Notes under the pieces: generated by a model
Seen by the model: the letters and a program-made list of their open reading frames with translations, nothing else
Database searches by the model: none
What the model was told of the DNA's origin: nothing
Translations under genes and position numbers: made by a program
Assembly (NCBI GenBank): GCA_051294905.1
Contig: CM119372.1
Location: 23,314,001-23,374,000 of the forward strand
Length of the DNA stretch: 60,000 bases
Direction of reading: 5' to 3'
From: Botryllus schlosseri
Taxonomy: Eukaryota
Part shown: positions 1 through 13,415 of the stretch, one piece after another
Layout of the letters: every line of letters begins with the position of its first letter
How positions within the stretch are numbered: the first letter of the stretch is position 1

Positions 1-710
1 GGTTACACTAACTAATCGATCCAAGAAGATAATCTCTTGATATCATTTCTGTGGCGCCATTTCTAGAAATCCACTTTATGGTGTATGAGTGGGTGAGAAT
101 GGCGCAAGCTCTCCCACGCTCTCAGGAAGATGTACTTCAGGTGGTTGTATTTCGACTACTGAATCATCGCTCTTTTTATTTGCTCTTGCCAGTATCTTTT
201 TCGACTCTGAAAAAAATATAATTCGTCCACGATGGTTTATTGGTATCATGCCAATGGTTCAAGTTGTTTTTCGTTACATATCCACATATCTACGAGTTTT
301 TGTAGTGATCTGGTATTCTCTATACGGCTACTCTCAAGGTAACGCACGTTTTATCAGCCTACTGATGCGCTCCCAGATCTTAGTGAGAAAATATACCTAA
401 ACCAGTGACCTGCTGTTAGGGGAGGCAAGTGAGGCAGTGTCACACCTGTCGTCAGGACTCAGGATGAGTAACAGAATATCGTGAAACCTTCAATGATTAT
501 AACACCAATAATTACGGGTTATTTCCATTGATATTCATGTATTACTCAATTTTAAAGCCTCACATGTGATAGCGCAATTCATCATAAACAGCTCAGAATT
601 GATACTGGTTCCGGAAATATAAACATTGTTAACGTCAGAGCACCAGAACCTCCTCAAGATCGACAATGAATGTGAAATTTGGCTTTGTTACGTACAATGA
701 CAGCGTAGAG

Positions 711-1974
711 CAGGGGTTCTCAACCCGCGGCCCGCAGACGCTTTTTCTGTGGCCCGCGAGATCTTTCAATATGATCGCAATTACTACCGGCACAGTATTC
801 TTGCATACGGTATCAATTTAGCTACTAAAGCTCTCTTATCGCTCAGTCTCTGTTTCGTTTGATTTATTCTCATTCTTCAATGTTTTCTGGTTTCTAGATA
901 TATGGTCGAGTTTAGATTCTTATTGTTCTGAATAGGTCTTCGGACAGTTCCATCTCGAGTTACACATATCACCTGAAAAAAGCGTTGTTAGCGTTGTTAG
1001 CGTTGTTAGCTAGGTCTCAGGCTAAGCAATCCATATTTTGAGGCATTGTTGAGATTGCCGACGACGTTAAAAACACATGGTTCAAATTGCTTGGTATATC
1101 GCTTACCCATGAAATCTGTTAGAAAAGGTGTTTCTCCAACAAAACGTTACTATACTGTGCGAATCTCCGCTGTTTTCGGAATTTAGCAGCAAGGACAACT
1201 TCACCTAACAAATTTCGAAGCTGCAGTTGTCTAATTTAACCGTGACAAGAAGAGTAACAGCAATGTCAGTTAATCTTTTGTCGCATGTTTCGAAACACGT
1301 TGACCCGTAGACTACTTTAACCTAGCATTGGACAAAATCTACGGACATTGCAACGCTAATTGTATTGCGATATTCCATCAGAGTGGATATATTTGTAGAC
1401 GTAATGCTGGCTGGGTAAACGTGGGGAGAGGGGACTAGCAAACAACATCAACTTAACAAAGCTGACTTCTGTAACTATTGGTGCAGGGCATCAGCCATGC
1501 AAGGAAAGGAGAATGGTTGATTGGTTTGCTCAGAAATTACCCCGGACATGAGACTTCTTCTCCTATCACTGAGCGCCCAAAGTGACAATGGCCTCTGTGA
1601 AGAAAAAGTTACCGTAGTTGTATACTTGCCCGCTCACGCATTGAAACAGAGAGTTCAGTTCTCTGGTGCAAGGGTTTGAAGGTGCACATACCGACTTGGG
1701 AACGGATGCAATGCACGCTTCATGAAGAGATTTACTTGTTCCGTCAGGAGATGACACAATCTCACTAGAAACAGCAACTGAAAGCTTACGAACGCTGTCC
1801 ATTATGCTGTAGAATGCATACAAACTAAATGTCTATAGACGACTGGTAAATAGGCTATATTAGCCTAAATATAATAGTATAGTCCACAAATATACGGTAA
1901 TAATGTTCTGCGGCCCGCAGCGCTTTTTGCTGTTAAAATGCGGCCCGTTACGCAAGGAAAGTTGAGAACCCCTG
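711..1974 (+). mobile_element. Decayed hAT (Charlie/GTF2IRD2-like) DNA transposon
   Basis: TIRs CAGGGGTTCTCAAC...GTTGAGAACCCCTG; 8-bp TSD GCGTAGAG at 703-710 and 1975-1982; degenerate transposase motif (F.LALD.STD) near 1315-1350; related copy at 51396-53049. Confidence 0.85.
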
Positions 1975-2207
1975 GCGTAGAGAAACAATGACCAGGTGAG
2001 GCACACACGGATTTGCCTCGCCCACTGTTAGATAACAATCCTACAATTGCAACGCGATATCGACTTCGCAAACCGACGTTGGTTGGTATGAATGGTGTAG
2101 TCTAGACGGCCAAGATGTAATTCGAAGCAAATTCATTCACTTACAGATGATAGCTGTTATGTATTATCCATCCGTACCTATACTTTCAATTATGGATAGG
2201 TATAGTA

Positions 2208-3283
2208 TAGGGTTACCATATTATTGTAAGACAAATTCCAGATGCTCTTTAGCGCCCACTAGCGGATTTCAAAATGAGGTATGAGCACATTGTCGATCAA
2301 TATGACGTCACACCAGCAAAGCTTTGTCTATCGACTAGAGGTGGTCATCATCCAGTTCAGGAGTATGTGGTTGTGTGTTGAAAGGTATAACCAGGGCCGA
2401 AGTCACATTTTTTCTGCCCCTCCCGCCCAAATAGCTGGTGGTTTAATGATTTGAATGAATTATGTCAATAATATTATTAGTTCTTCCATGTATTACTATA
2501 CAATTTGATCCTCTCTCCGTCCACATGATCAGAGTTAGCGTAGAACTGGTGGAGGATGATGACTTCGAAAATGCAAGGAGCGTAATTGTACATCGTTAAG
2601 TCATGTTCATGTCACACCGATAAGTTTATTTATCAGCCTAATGTCAGTGCACCCTACACCACTGAGCTATATAAATACCACACATCCGGTGGTTTCCAAC
2701 CTTTTATGGTCGAGACTTATTTTCCAACTTGAGAATGTTCCGTGGTCCAGCTCAAAATTTGATAAGCTAATTACTAATTAAAGGCCGGAACATTTGCTCC
2801 GACTTACTCACGGCCTATTTTGGAAGCTGATTACGTTCAACATCTTCGTGACCCCCAGAATAAAGGCAAACTACCCCCCAGGTTTGGTACCACTATCTTT
2901 GAATAAAGCATCCAAACGGCCTATACCGACTCAATGAATAAACCGTTATCTTGTAATTGCGATTACAATTAAACTTATTTCTGTAAATGAATGTTGTTTT
3001 TATTTATTTTTGATCGCAGTTTTTACGAGGGTGGTCCCCATATTAAAACCAATATACATTACACTAGATCGCGCTAAGCGCGAAGAAAAATTTCATCATT
3101 TCATGTAGCATAAATTTGCCTAAAAATAATATTGTTTATGTTGATTTAAGAAAAAATTATGAGCTTACTTCAAGCCTTCAAAATTCTGGACATTTAGGCA
3201 TATTTTAGAAATTCCTTCCGGACGCAGTTTTAACAGTGAAATTCCGGACATGTCCGAGAAATTCCAGACGTATGGCAACCCTA
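2208..3283. mobile_element. hAT-type non-autonomous element with TAGGGTT(A/G)CCATA termini
   Basis: Termini TAGGGTTACCATA / TATGGCAACCCTA; 8-bp TSD GTATAGTA at 2200-2207 and 3284-3291; inverted related pieces at ~27814-28550 and ~53270-58900. Confidence 0.8.
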
Positions 3284-3701
3284 GTATAGTACAGAGGTTC
3301 TCAAACTGTGGGCCATAGCCCACTGGTGGTCCACAAGAGCGTTTCGAGGTTGGCCACATAGCTATTTGGAAAATTGTACATTAGTGACAGTTATGTTTTA
3401 TTTTTAATTTTATTCGCTCAAAAAGCTTTTCAGCCGACTCAGATGAGACGTAGTGACTAGTGTTACCATATTTGAGATCCGGGAGAGAGGAAAATTTTTA
3501 CAAATGACAAAATTTATAATATCTGACTATAGAATACGGATAATTTGAATATCATTATCGGGGATACTGTTGTGTTGAAACATAAAAAGGTCATTTTTCC
3601 AACTCGACTGATATAAATTACACCACGTAACAAAATTTTGCGAAAGTTTCGATTAACTAAAAATTATATTGTATTGTGTTTTAGTATTCTAAACTAATTA
3701 C

Positions 3702-4225
3702 CAGGGCAAGTTTTTGCTACTTTTGTTACAGCTGCAGCTTCCTAAATACTCAGATGTTATGAAGTATGTTGTTTTGGCTGTTGCAAATTTTCTCCATTTT
3801 TCATGCAACTTTTTATAACTTTTTTCGAAATTTCATGCAAAACTTTTTCAAGTTTCTTGATTTTTCATTCAACCAACTTTTTACTAGAAGTACTTAGCAC
3901 TATATGTAAATATATAGCTTGAATATTTCACTGTCGTTTAAATTTGAGGTCCTGTCTGATTTGACGTACATTCAGGCAATATACTATATTATATTTTCAC
4001 CGGGTCAATTTTTTTCAGGCTATTGATTTTGTTGAAGTTACCAACACTAAGTTTTGCTACAGTGCCTTGGATACGGATTGATTCAAGTATCTCATACCCT
4101 AATAATTTCACGGAACTTGTCCATAAATGCAACTTTCTAGTGCAAAAATTGTGAAAAACAAATGCAACTTTTGTGACAAATAAATGCAACTTTCCACGGA
4201 TTTGACTGCAACAAAAATTTGCCCT
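3702..4225. mobile_element. hAT-type MITE (AGGGCAAGTTTTTG termini) nested in the Chapaev3-like element
   Basis: 8-bp TSD CTAATTAC at 3694-3701 and 4226-4233; internal TGCAACTTT repeats; related copy at 53605-54021. Confidence 0.8.
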
Positions 4226-6069
4226 ACTAATTACCAAAATACCAAAAAATTTTCTGAAGTGTCCCAAATTTTGAAGAAATGTCAATTTCTCTAATTTTCG
4301 ATTTTACCCATAATTGCTCCTCATTAATCACAATAACTCTTCATTGGAGATAAGAAAACGCTAATGAAAAGATTAATATGAACAAAGATAGCTTACTCAT
4401 GCATCAAGTAACAATGCAAACACTTTAAAATCGACAGAAGTGGTTTTGTCTGCGTGACTTTCGTCTGTGAAATGAGATAGCTTCTCTTAATATGGACCAC
4501 AAATAACACCAGGTCACAAAATTTTGCAGAATTTTACTTGAGTAAATTTTTTTATGTATTGTGTTTTGCTATTCCAAACCAATCACTAAAATACAAAATT
4601 TCTTCTGAAGTGTCCCTATAGTCCTTGAGAAATGTTACTTTTCTGATTTCTCGTTTTACTCGAAATTGCCCCTACGCATAATTCCTTACTGGACGTACAA
4701 ACACACTATCATAACGAAGGAATATGCACAAATAGTGACTACCATAGATTATAAAAGGATGGAAACTCTTCAAAAAATTTCCGAAGTGGTTTAGTTCTCA
4801 TGATTTGGGTTTATAGATTGAGAAATCTGCTGGAATTATGGATCGCAAATAATCCCCCATCATGATGCAATTCCACCACTCTCAGTATCTTCTTTCCAAA
4901 TCATACATATCTTCCTGAAATACGTCACTATGTTCCTTGCTTACATCACCTGTATTTGAACTAATAAAATCAAGGTGAAAGTGCGGGTAATGCGGTTTGA
5001 AGGACATGCCCCACTCTATTTTTTTTCATCGATCATATTGTTTACCAGAGGTTTATATTCATTGCTTCGTTTATTTCAAAGAAAATTTTCAACTACATCT
5101 CGAAATGCCTTAAATGCTCCTGCTTCTTTCGCAGTCATTTTATTGTGAAGTGCTTTACAAAAGATTGCTAACATTCACGCACAAGCAAAGAGAACCTGCC
5201 ACAGAAAAATACCGTGAAAATCGTTCATGCCCTTTTCTCGATGAAGGCATCGTTCCCTAGCTTTAACCTTGGAGTCAGAATTTCCGCATTTGATTTAGTG
5301 AGTCCCAACTAAATGATCAAGTTCGTATTGGTTCGGAATGTGTGGTTCTGGATTTATCTCTATATGGGAGATGTTGAAGTCGACATCGGGGTCATTTTTC
5401 CGTATCTTTAAGCCCTGTCGAGTCTTCTTGGATGTTTTTTGTCCGGTAGTCTTGGCAGTGAAGACTTACTGCAATACGGAACAGGTGCTCAAGAGGATAT
5501 GGCATAGAACAGTGGTCCTTAACCTTTTTTTCTCCAGCGCCCCCTTTCAAAAATTGCCAGGGTCTGGCGCCCCCCCCCCCTATTTTAAGGACTGTAGTTG
5601 TTTGCGATTACGCATGTTATTTGTTGTTCTGTGTTTGATGACGTTTTTAGAGGAATTAGTTTCCAATTCAACTGTCCTTGAAGGGTAAGTGGTCGAAGGG
5701 TAAGTGGTCGAAGTCCGATATCGGGTTTGGTACTTCATTATCAGACCACTCGACTAATTAACGGTATAATTGTATGTGCTAATCTCGGAATCAAATCCAG
5801 GTTGTTATAACAAACATTGGGTATAAGGCCTACGGGCTCATAGTATTTGGTTCGAGATCGATATACACATCCCGAATTCTCCTATGCGATTGGCAATACG
5901 GGGAAGGTAATAGTATTGGGTTTTGTTTTATTGCTTTGTGTGACTACTAAGTCAACTGAGAATGTGGTAGAAATTTGCTCACATTATATTTAGTACTGCA
6001 CCAAGCTCTTAACTTTAACATGAATGTGGGTAACAACAGTAGTTATGTAGATCGCTCGCATGACGCCAT

Positions 6070-6600
6070 TGGTTCTTATGGGCGGGGTGGCATGGTGCCG
6101 AGAAACCGGGGGTGGCATGGTGACCCTTATGTCTTATGGCGGGGGTGGCATGGTGCCATTGTGTCTTATGGCGGGGGTGGCATGGTTACCTTTTCGGGTA
6201 TAGGCTGCGGCGGCATGGTGCCGTGAAACTCGTGGTGGCATGGTGACCCTTATAACTATAGGCTGCGGTCGCATGGTGCCACTGTGTCTTATGGGTGCGG
6301 TGACATGGTTACCTTTTTCGGGTATAGACGGCGGCGGCATATGCTAACGTGAAAACTCGTGGTGGCATGCTAATGTTTTTTGGTATACGTGCGGTGACAT
6401 GCTATCGACGATAAATGTGTCTGTCATGTATTCTTACGGGATCTGTGGTGACTCACCATGAGTTCTTATGGGTGCGGTCGTGAATCGCCCTTTCGGGTAT
6501 AGGCATCTCTCGCATGTCGTACTTTCGCGTATAGGCTGTGGTGGTGATTCGCCATGTGTTCTTATGGGTTCGGTCGTGATTCGCACTTTCAACCATCTCT
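6070..6600. repeat. GC-rich subterminal tandem repeats (~30-bp units containing GGCATGGT); mirrored at ~19215-19745
   Basis: Repeated TCTTATGGCGGGGGTGGCATGGTG(C/A)C-like units that degenerate inward. Confidence 0.85.
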
Positions 6601-6734
6601 CGCGTGGTGTTGAATAGTCACCAACAATAACCGCGCAAACGGAAACGTGGCTTGCAAGAGGATTTACGCAGTGCGTGCGACAGACGGCGATTCGAATATC
6701 AACAATAACCGCGTTCGCAAACTAACACTTCCAA

Positions 6735-7450
6735 AAGATGTGAAATATTTGTAAAATCCTACGATCGCTCACAAGATACCACTTCCGGCATATCGATCTA
6801 TCACTCAATACACAACCGAAGTTGAATTATAATTGAATGCGTAAATTTATCACCTCGGCATCAAAATTCGAAAACAACAACTTGATGCTTTATGTTCTCA
6901 CTCTAATTTCATGATAAGTGTAATAAGTGCCGAATAACAGATACACCACCGGCGAGACTTGGATACCAACAAATTGTCACTTATTTCTATTCTAGCCGTA
7001 ATCCTTTGTGAAGTTAACGCTTATTCAAAAAGGTGTGAAATATTTGCAAAACCCCGCGATCACTGACAAGATAATGTCTCGGACATAACCATCTTTCACG
7101 ACTTGGTGTCATAACCATACCGATCGCTCACGCGGTGAAATTTTAGTAATCAGTTTGTCACAGAACTTGATTTCGCTGGTAAGATTTAACAAGTAACGAA
7201 TAACAGACCGCCAGTGTCGGTAACTTGAATAGCGACAAATTGTCACTTATTTCCGCTCTAACCCTAATCCTTTGTGAAGTGAACGCTTATTCAAAAGGGC
7301 GTGATATAATTTTAAAATCCGACGACCACTCACCGGCTAATGCTTCAGACATAGCAATCCCTCATGTCCGCTCACAAGGTAATATTTCGGTAATTAGTTT
7401 GTCCCAGAACCATCGCAGACGGTGATTCGAAAACCAACAATTTGTCACTC
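6735..7450. repeat. Degenerate ~260-bp internal direct repeats (2-3 copies) in the arm; mirrored at ~18365-19080
   Basis: ACAAATTGTCACTTATTTC...TAATCCTTTGTGAAGT.AACGCTTATTCAAAA at ~6970-7030 and ~7235-7296. Confidence 0.7.
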
Positions 7451-7952
7451 GCCCGCGATCGCTATATGTTTCACGCCTCCAGAATAGTGGCTGACTTTAG
7501 TTGTGTGATAAGATCCATGAAAATATGCAATCAATGTGTTAGCTTATCAACTTGAAATGAAACTCACTACACAAATCAAGTCGATTCGTATCTGAATGTT
7601 TTAAATCGACACAACTCAAATCCTTTGACAAATCCCTTAACGCGTTTTTGTTGAATCGAACGTAACCCGAATATTACTGACGCCGACTTTCAGCCGCATC
7701 GAATTATTCGCACATTACGCGTCGCTGTTTTCACACTTATAGAATCAATACCAACTATAACTCTACAAGAATCAAGAATCACAAGTATGTGCATTACACA
7801 GTTATTGTCTTTATTAACTTGAAATCAAACACTTAACAAAAACACGCAACTAATCATTTGGCAACTCTAGCATTACCAAAAAATTCCAGTATTGTTGATT
7901 GAAAATCCTTGAGTCATTATTATCAAAAATGTTATAGTACCGCATCGGGATC

Positions 7953-8069
7953 CATTCGCGGGATGTACTAAAGGTAAATCCAAATAATCCACATTCGCGG
8001 GATGTACTAAAGGTAAATCCAAATAATCCACATTCGCGGGATGTACTAAAGGTAAATCAAAATAATCCA
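7953..8069. repeat. 39-bp tandem repeat x3; mirrored at 17746-17862
   Basis: CATTCGCGGGATGTACTAAAGGTAAATCCAAATAATCCA repeated three times. Confidence 0.95.
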
Positions 8070-10909
8070 GAATGAAATATTTGGACTTTGACATAGTGTG
8101 AATTGAAATAGGATTGACAAACACGACTACCAACTTTGATCCAGCCACATTTCAAGATCATACTTTGAAACAAGTAATGTAACATTACAACTCTATTCAC
8201 GATCCCGCTTTCCATTTGTCAAAGAGATATTTTAACATCTTACCATACTCAAAAGAATTATTCACAACATTAACAATTGTTCAAAATCTAGTTTTCACTT
8301 ACTTGATTATATCACTGCAACTCATAAATTTGAATTAATTCATCCTGGCTGTATTCGTATGCTCGGTCTTTTTTATTCAATTGTAAAGGTTGTTACTATT
8401 CTGAAGACAAAGTATTTACAAATCGGTGCATATACGATTCGACTTGGACATACTATATTTCGAGTATACGAGATTCGAATGTCTGAACAATAACTGAGAA
8501 ATAATTTATCACAATTAAATCCGTAATATTACAACGTAAAAGATATTGGAATGTCAGCAACTCTGTAAGGTCATAGTTACTACCACTAATTTACCCGACC
8601 AACTCGTCATGATCATTCCTGAAATCAACACAAACGTGACCACTGACTTGAGTTAACCACAAAACAGCATCAAGTTTTAAATCCACTTGTAGCTTACGGC
8701 TTATTTGAATGCGGGTTATGTTTTGTTGTAATTGAGTGTACGGAAATAGTATTACGTCTCGACATATCACCATGTCGGCATTTGTGACAGAGAATTGAAA
8801 CATATGCACTTTACAGAGTGTGAAAATATCACTTTGAGTATCGAGTACCGTTCGAAGCTAGCGATCAATTCTTAATCATTTCAGTAACTCCCCATTGTGT
8901 GTGCTAAATGTAAAATATCGCGAGGTTATACACTCTAAGACTTTGATCATTACAAAAGTAAATTGTGATATGTTTGTTAGATGCATCCAATTCAACTAGA
9001 AGTGTCTAGTGCCCAACACTCGTAATATCAAAAAAGTACTTGCTACACTGTTATTTGCTACGTGTTATGCATTGTTGTTTATTTGTAGTATTGAATGAAA
9101 TTGTTCTTGAACCCTCAAATAATAATCCCCGACATGAAACCAAGCCGCTGAAAGTCGTTACCATCACGAAGATAGAATGTGTACGATGTTTGTCAAATGT
9201 GTCCTACCTGACCAACAGAAAACAATTTTCACTAGCTTGGTAATGAAACCGAAGTCTCCATTCGATATTTTGTTTGTGTCAAATACTTTGCAATGAACAC
9301 ATTTGGGTGGTTGAGCTTTACATCATCAGACTGTCATCTGTACATCAAGAATACATCCGACTTGTAACCGGATCGTTTACCTAACCGAGTTGTATGCACA
9401 GTTTGATATTTTTGTCATTTAGTGATTGCTGAACATACCACTTCGAAATACTGCGTTGATCTTAATTTCCATCATCGTGATAAGTGAAGTACATTTGTTT
9501 TGAATTCAAAACAATAGGCTTTTCTACGACATGGTAAATTATTGACAAGTTCTGCTTAGAAGATTGGTTGCATATCACGAAAAATAATATACCACACATA
9601 TTATTACTGTTACTCCATTCATCGGCATTTTTTCCGTTGTCGATTTTCAAACGAGTAAAATTTATTACTTGAGTTGCTCTGCTTACTATATTTAAATGTA
9701 AACTCGCCCGTCTTTCAACAACAAACAATGTTAAAAAAGTATGCAATCAAACACAACAAGTTTTACGATACTAATTATTATCCCACATAACCCATTTCTT
9801 ACCGAAGACATATGAAATATATTCATGTTACACGAAAATATTCGCTCATGCTACAAACCTGTACAATGATTGGGGGTGCTTTCAAACTGTTTCGATACCT
9901 CAAGAACTTTATTGTCTGAACGGTTGTTCATGTATCGTAATAATCAAGTAGTTCAACATAGAACTAGTATTAACAGAAACATCAGAGTTGTTTACACAAA
10001 AGTTTGTATGCGTGCAGTATGCGAATACCATGTGTAAGTCCAGCACAATTGTGGTATCCATCCGGGTTTAGTTAACACAATTTACGACACCGAGGTCACC
10101 TCATCTTTCGTAAGACAACAAACCAACCAAGGTTTCAGGATATGTCCGTGTCATAGCAATAAATCAGCTACTACAACAACAGAGTACATATGTTTTCTAG
10201 TTACGGCGCTTACGTCTTACACACAAATCAATCCACTTTGCTAACAAAAAGTGCTGGGTCATCAAGTGATTACCCTAACAACAAAACAGCTAAACGTACT
10301 ATCATACAAAATGGCCGTTATAGTCACCAACGGTACATCGTACAAGTAACAAGTCTCGAGAATCCAGTTATTGAAAAAACATGAAAGTGTTTCTACACCA
10401 AGTCGTTATGTTGACGAAAGCGTATATTGTAATATCATGATCGATTTGCATTCGTGGTCACAAAATGTCACTACTCTAAATAATTATTTTTCACTCAAAC
10501 ACAAACGCATACTTGTCGCCAATCGTTTTCATCAAGCACGAGTTCAAGAAACCTGCTACGACATGAATTGTTATTTTTTTATGTTGTGTAAATAGGTAAT
10601 AATTAATTTTAGTAACACTATATCAACATCATCTAGTTGCGCGAATAGATTTACACGTGGTCTTGTGGTTTTAATCGAAGTACACAGCGCGGTCTAACGC
10701 GGAGTCATCTCTATTGTACAGCAACTCGGAAATCGAAATGCATGCATTAACATTTAAACAGCGATCGCGTTTCGTGACGCGAAAAATATGTTCACCACCG
10801 CGATACTCTGCACAGGGCGTGCAAATCCTTTTCACACTCGTAATAGTATACCAACGGCTACCGGCGACAACGTTTAACAATACCAACGACACTAAACATA
10901 CGATACCTA

Positions 10910-11700
10910 CCCAAGTAAAATTTCCATTTTCACCTGGAGGTCAGCCGTTACCTGACTAAAAATACCATTGTCCTTTGGAGATTTATCGTTTACCCAGTGT
11001 AACAATCCCCTTTTCACTTGGAAATATATTTTTGACCTGGATAACAAACCCCTTTTCACTTGGAAATCTATTTTTGCCCTGGATAACAAACCCCTTTTCA
11101 CTTGGAAATCTATTTTTGCCCTGGATAACAAACCTTTTTCACTTGGAAATATATTTTTTCTCTTGGTAACAAACCTTTTTCACTTGGAAATATATTTTTT
11201 CTCTGGTTAACAAACCTTTTTCACTTGGAAATATATTTTTTCTCTTGGTAACAAACCTTTTTCACTTGGAAATATATTTTTTCTCTGGTTAACAAACCTT
11301 TTTCACTTGGAAATATATTTTTTCTCTGGTTAACAAACCTTTTTCACTTGGAAATATATTTTTTCTCTTGGTAACAAACCTTTTTCACTTGGAAATATAT
11401 TTTTTCTCTGGGCAACAAACCTTTTTCCCCGGGTAACAAACCTTTTTCCCTGAGCAACAAGCCATTTTCACTTGGTGGGTCGTCGTTTACCTGAGTAAAA
11501 ATATCATTTTCCTTTGGAGATCTGGCGTTTACCCAGTGTAACAATACATTTTCTCTTGGTCATCTAGCTTTTCCTAGAGTAACTAATCATTTCTCCTGGG
11601 TAACAAACCCTTTTCGTCTGGAAAACTATCATTTACCCGAGTACCAATACCGTTTTCACTTGGAAATCTATCTTTTCCCTGGGTAACAATATCATTTTCG
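10910..11700. repeat. 41/42-bp minisatellite array; mirrored at ~14155-14905 with one fewer 41-bp unit
   Basis: Unit AACAAACCTTTTTCACTTGGAAATATATTTTTTCTCTTGGT; homogeneous core ~11040-11420 with diverged 42-bp flanking units. Confidence 0.95.
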
Positions 11701-12440
11701 TTTTGAAAACTGACAACCACACCGGACAATTTGATATTTTTGTATATTGTTACAACGGGTAGTGACAAAATATACACCAACAACGACTCCGATACATTTG
11801 TCTAATCAAATATTCACTTGCTCTGATGCATCCCATCAAAATCATTGGTTACTCACATACAATAACAATGTGCTGTTGTACATCGACATGTATGTTTTCG
11901 GAATTGGCGAATAAAGGGGTTTCCGATATGTCTGTGATGTCCGGGTTCGTGCTTTGGATTTTCCGGAGTCAAAATGTCTGAATAAAACACCTCCTTGACT
12001 TTGGTAACTGGTTGATACACGGATAATGGTGTTCGGAAAACGGATGAATTTATGTTCCCCATCGCGCTAATAACTCCGGGTTACTTGTGAGTTTCCTCAG
12101 GTCTGTTTACTATATTGTGTCTTTACTGGTCAATACATGTCGCTCCAGTCAGCTGCAACCGGATCACTAATATGAGAAAGTGTGTGGGCCTGATCCGGAT
12201 ATTCACTCATGAACCAACGACCAATATTCAAGTAAACATGTTACAGACCGTGTTTTGTCTCCATGAAAAATACCAATGCATACACCATCACATACAAGTA
12301 ACGTCACGATTGTTCACAAGTATTCGCGTAAACGAGGTGTACATACAATGTGTCGGTGTACAAACATCATGGAAAACAAATTCATGTTCTCAAGTATCAT
12401 CATGCGACGACTCTGTACATTCAATGTGGGTATAGATGAC

Positions 12441-13415
12441 TTGGGGACAGACAAGCAGCCATATTTGGACGTAACACGATCTTAGTATGAGCCGCCTCAA
12501 CCCAACTTGTGAAAAATGAATCTCACACGAGTACAACCCTTTCACGGGTTCACACCTTGATTTTGCAAGATTTTTCGGATTCTCATGTAGACTTGCATCG
12601 TGATCCAGACCTCGACTTAATCGGGTTGCGTAACTCGCTCAACCCCTACGTATCGTTGGTCATAACCTGCTAATTTTTTCGCTGAGACCGCAGTGTTTCA
12701 CCTGGTTTTATGTATTTGGTGATTACCATCGTTATCAATCTTTCACGCGATGAATATGTCGGATGTCGCTACTCCCACATAACGACTCCAGCTAAACATC
12801 GTGAGCAGTGACTCCGGATTGAAATCGCAAACAGGGACTCTGTGTGTGTGTGTGAATCTCGAGTTCGATTACGATTAGATAATGTAATCCAGGGTGTGTC
12901 TCTGCGAGCTGAAGGCGGATTTCGTGTTAATCACACCGCAAGAGGGTGCTATCTCGTAACTCGACAGGTCAACATAAATCGCGGTTGGAAACTTTTGGTC
13001 TAGTTGATCCAGCTACGTATTGAAACGTTGTACCCACACAGCCCATTGAGAAAACGTTGTCGTTACCTGACCATATCCACGAGTAAATATAGGGCTACGC
13101 GTAACTGTCCATAGATTCCTCTGGGCCCACACCGTGGTTTTACGACACAGACAAGATGCAGCGGTGGAAATATTGAAAATGAAAAACGATACCTTGGTGA
13201 CATTTGATTTGGATTTTACACCTGATGAACCATACACTCGATTGGTACATTGGGATGACAACTCTATCGTCGAGGTCGAGGGAAAAGAAATGTACAGATT
13301 TGTTGGTGTTGTGGATATTCAGCGAAAATCGGGATGCGTGATAGTACACGGTTCGCATATTTGACTGAGAATATATCGGTATGCATAATGCACTGTCCAT
13401 TGTATCATGTCGTGT
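12441..13415. other. Unique 975-bp spacer (loop) of the giant palindrome
   Basis: Arm symmetry stops at ...TAGATGAC (12440) and resumes at GTCATCTA (13416). Confidence 0.95.

Larger units (their letters stand above)
6038..12440 (+). repeat. Left arm of giant inverted repeat (6403 bp)
   Basis: Reverse complement of 13416-19777; mirrored coordinates sum to 25815 outside the 41-bp array and to 25856 inside it. Confidence 0.97.

Noticed and set aside
76..206. Possible terminal exon on the minus strand (SKKILARANKKSDDSVVEIQPPEVHLP...*)
   Set aside because: The acceptor is plausible but there is no recognisable domain and no compatible upstream exon; it cannot be linked to gene A
10910..11700. 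41/42-bp array as a CRISPR-like array
   Set aside because: Units are contiguous with no unique spacers, the context is eukaryotic, and there are no cas genes
7225..12485. Numerous 60-120 aa ORFs in the palindrome arms as Maverick genes
   Set aside because: No recognisable PolB, integrase, ATPase, protease or capsid motifs; their duplication only reflects the inverted repeat
12670..12760. Minus-strand SRERLITMVITKYIKPGETL resembling an IS1595/Merlin transposase segment
   Set aside because: The following catalytic SD.W..Y and VNH motifs are absent; too short to support
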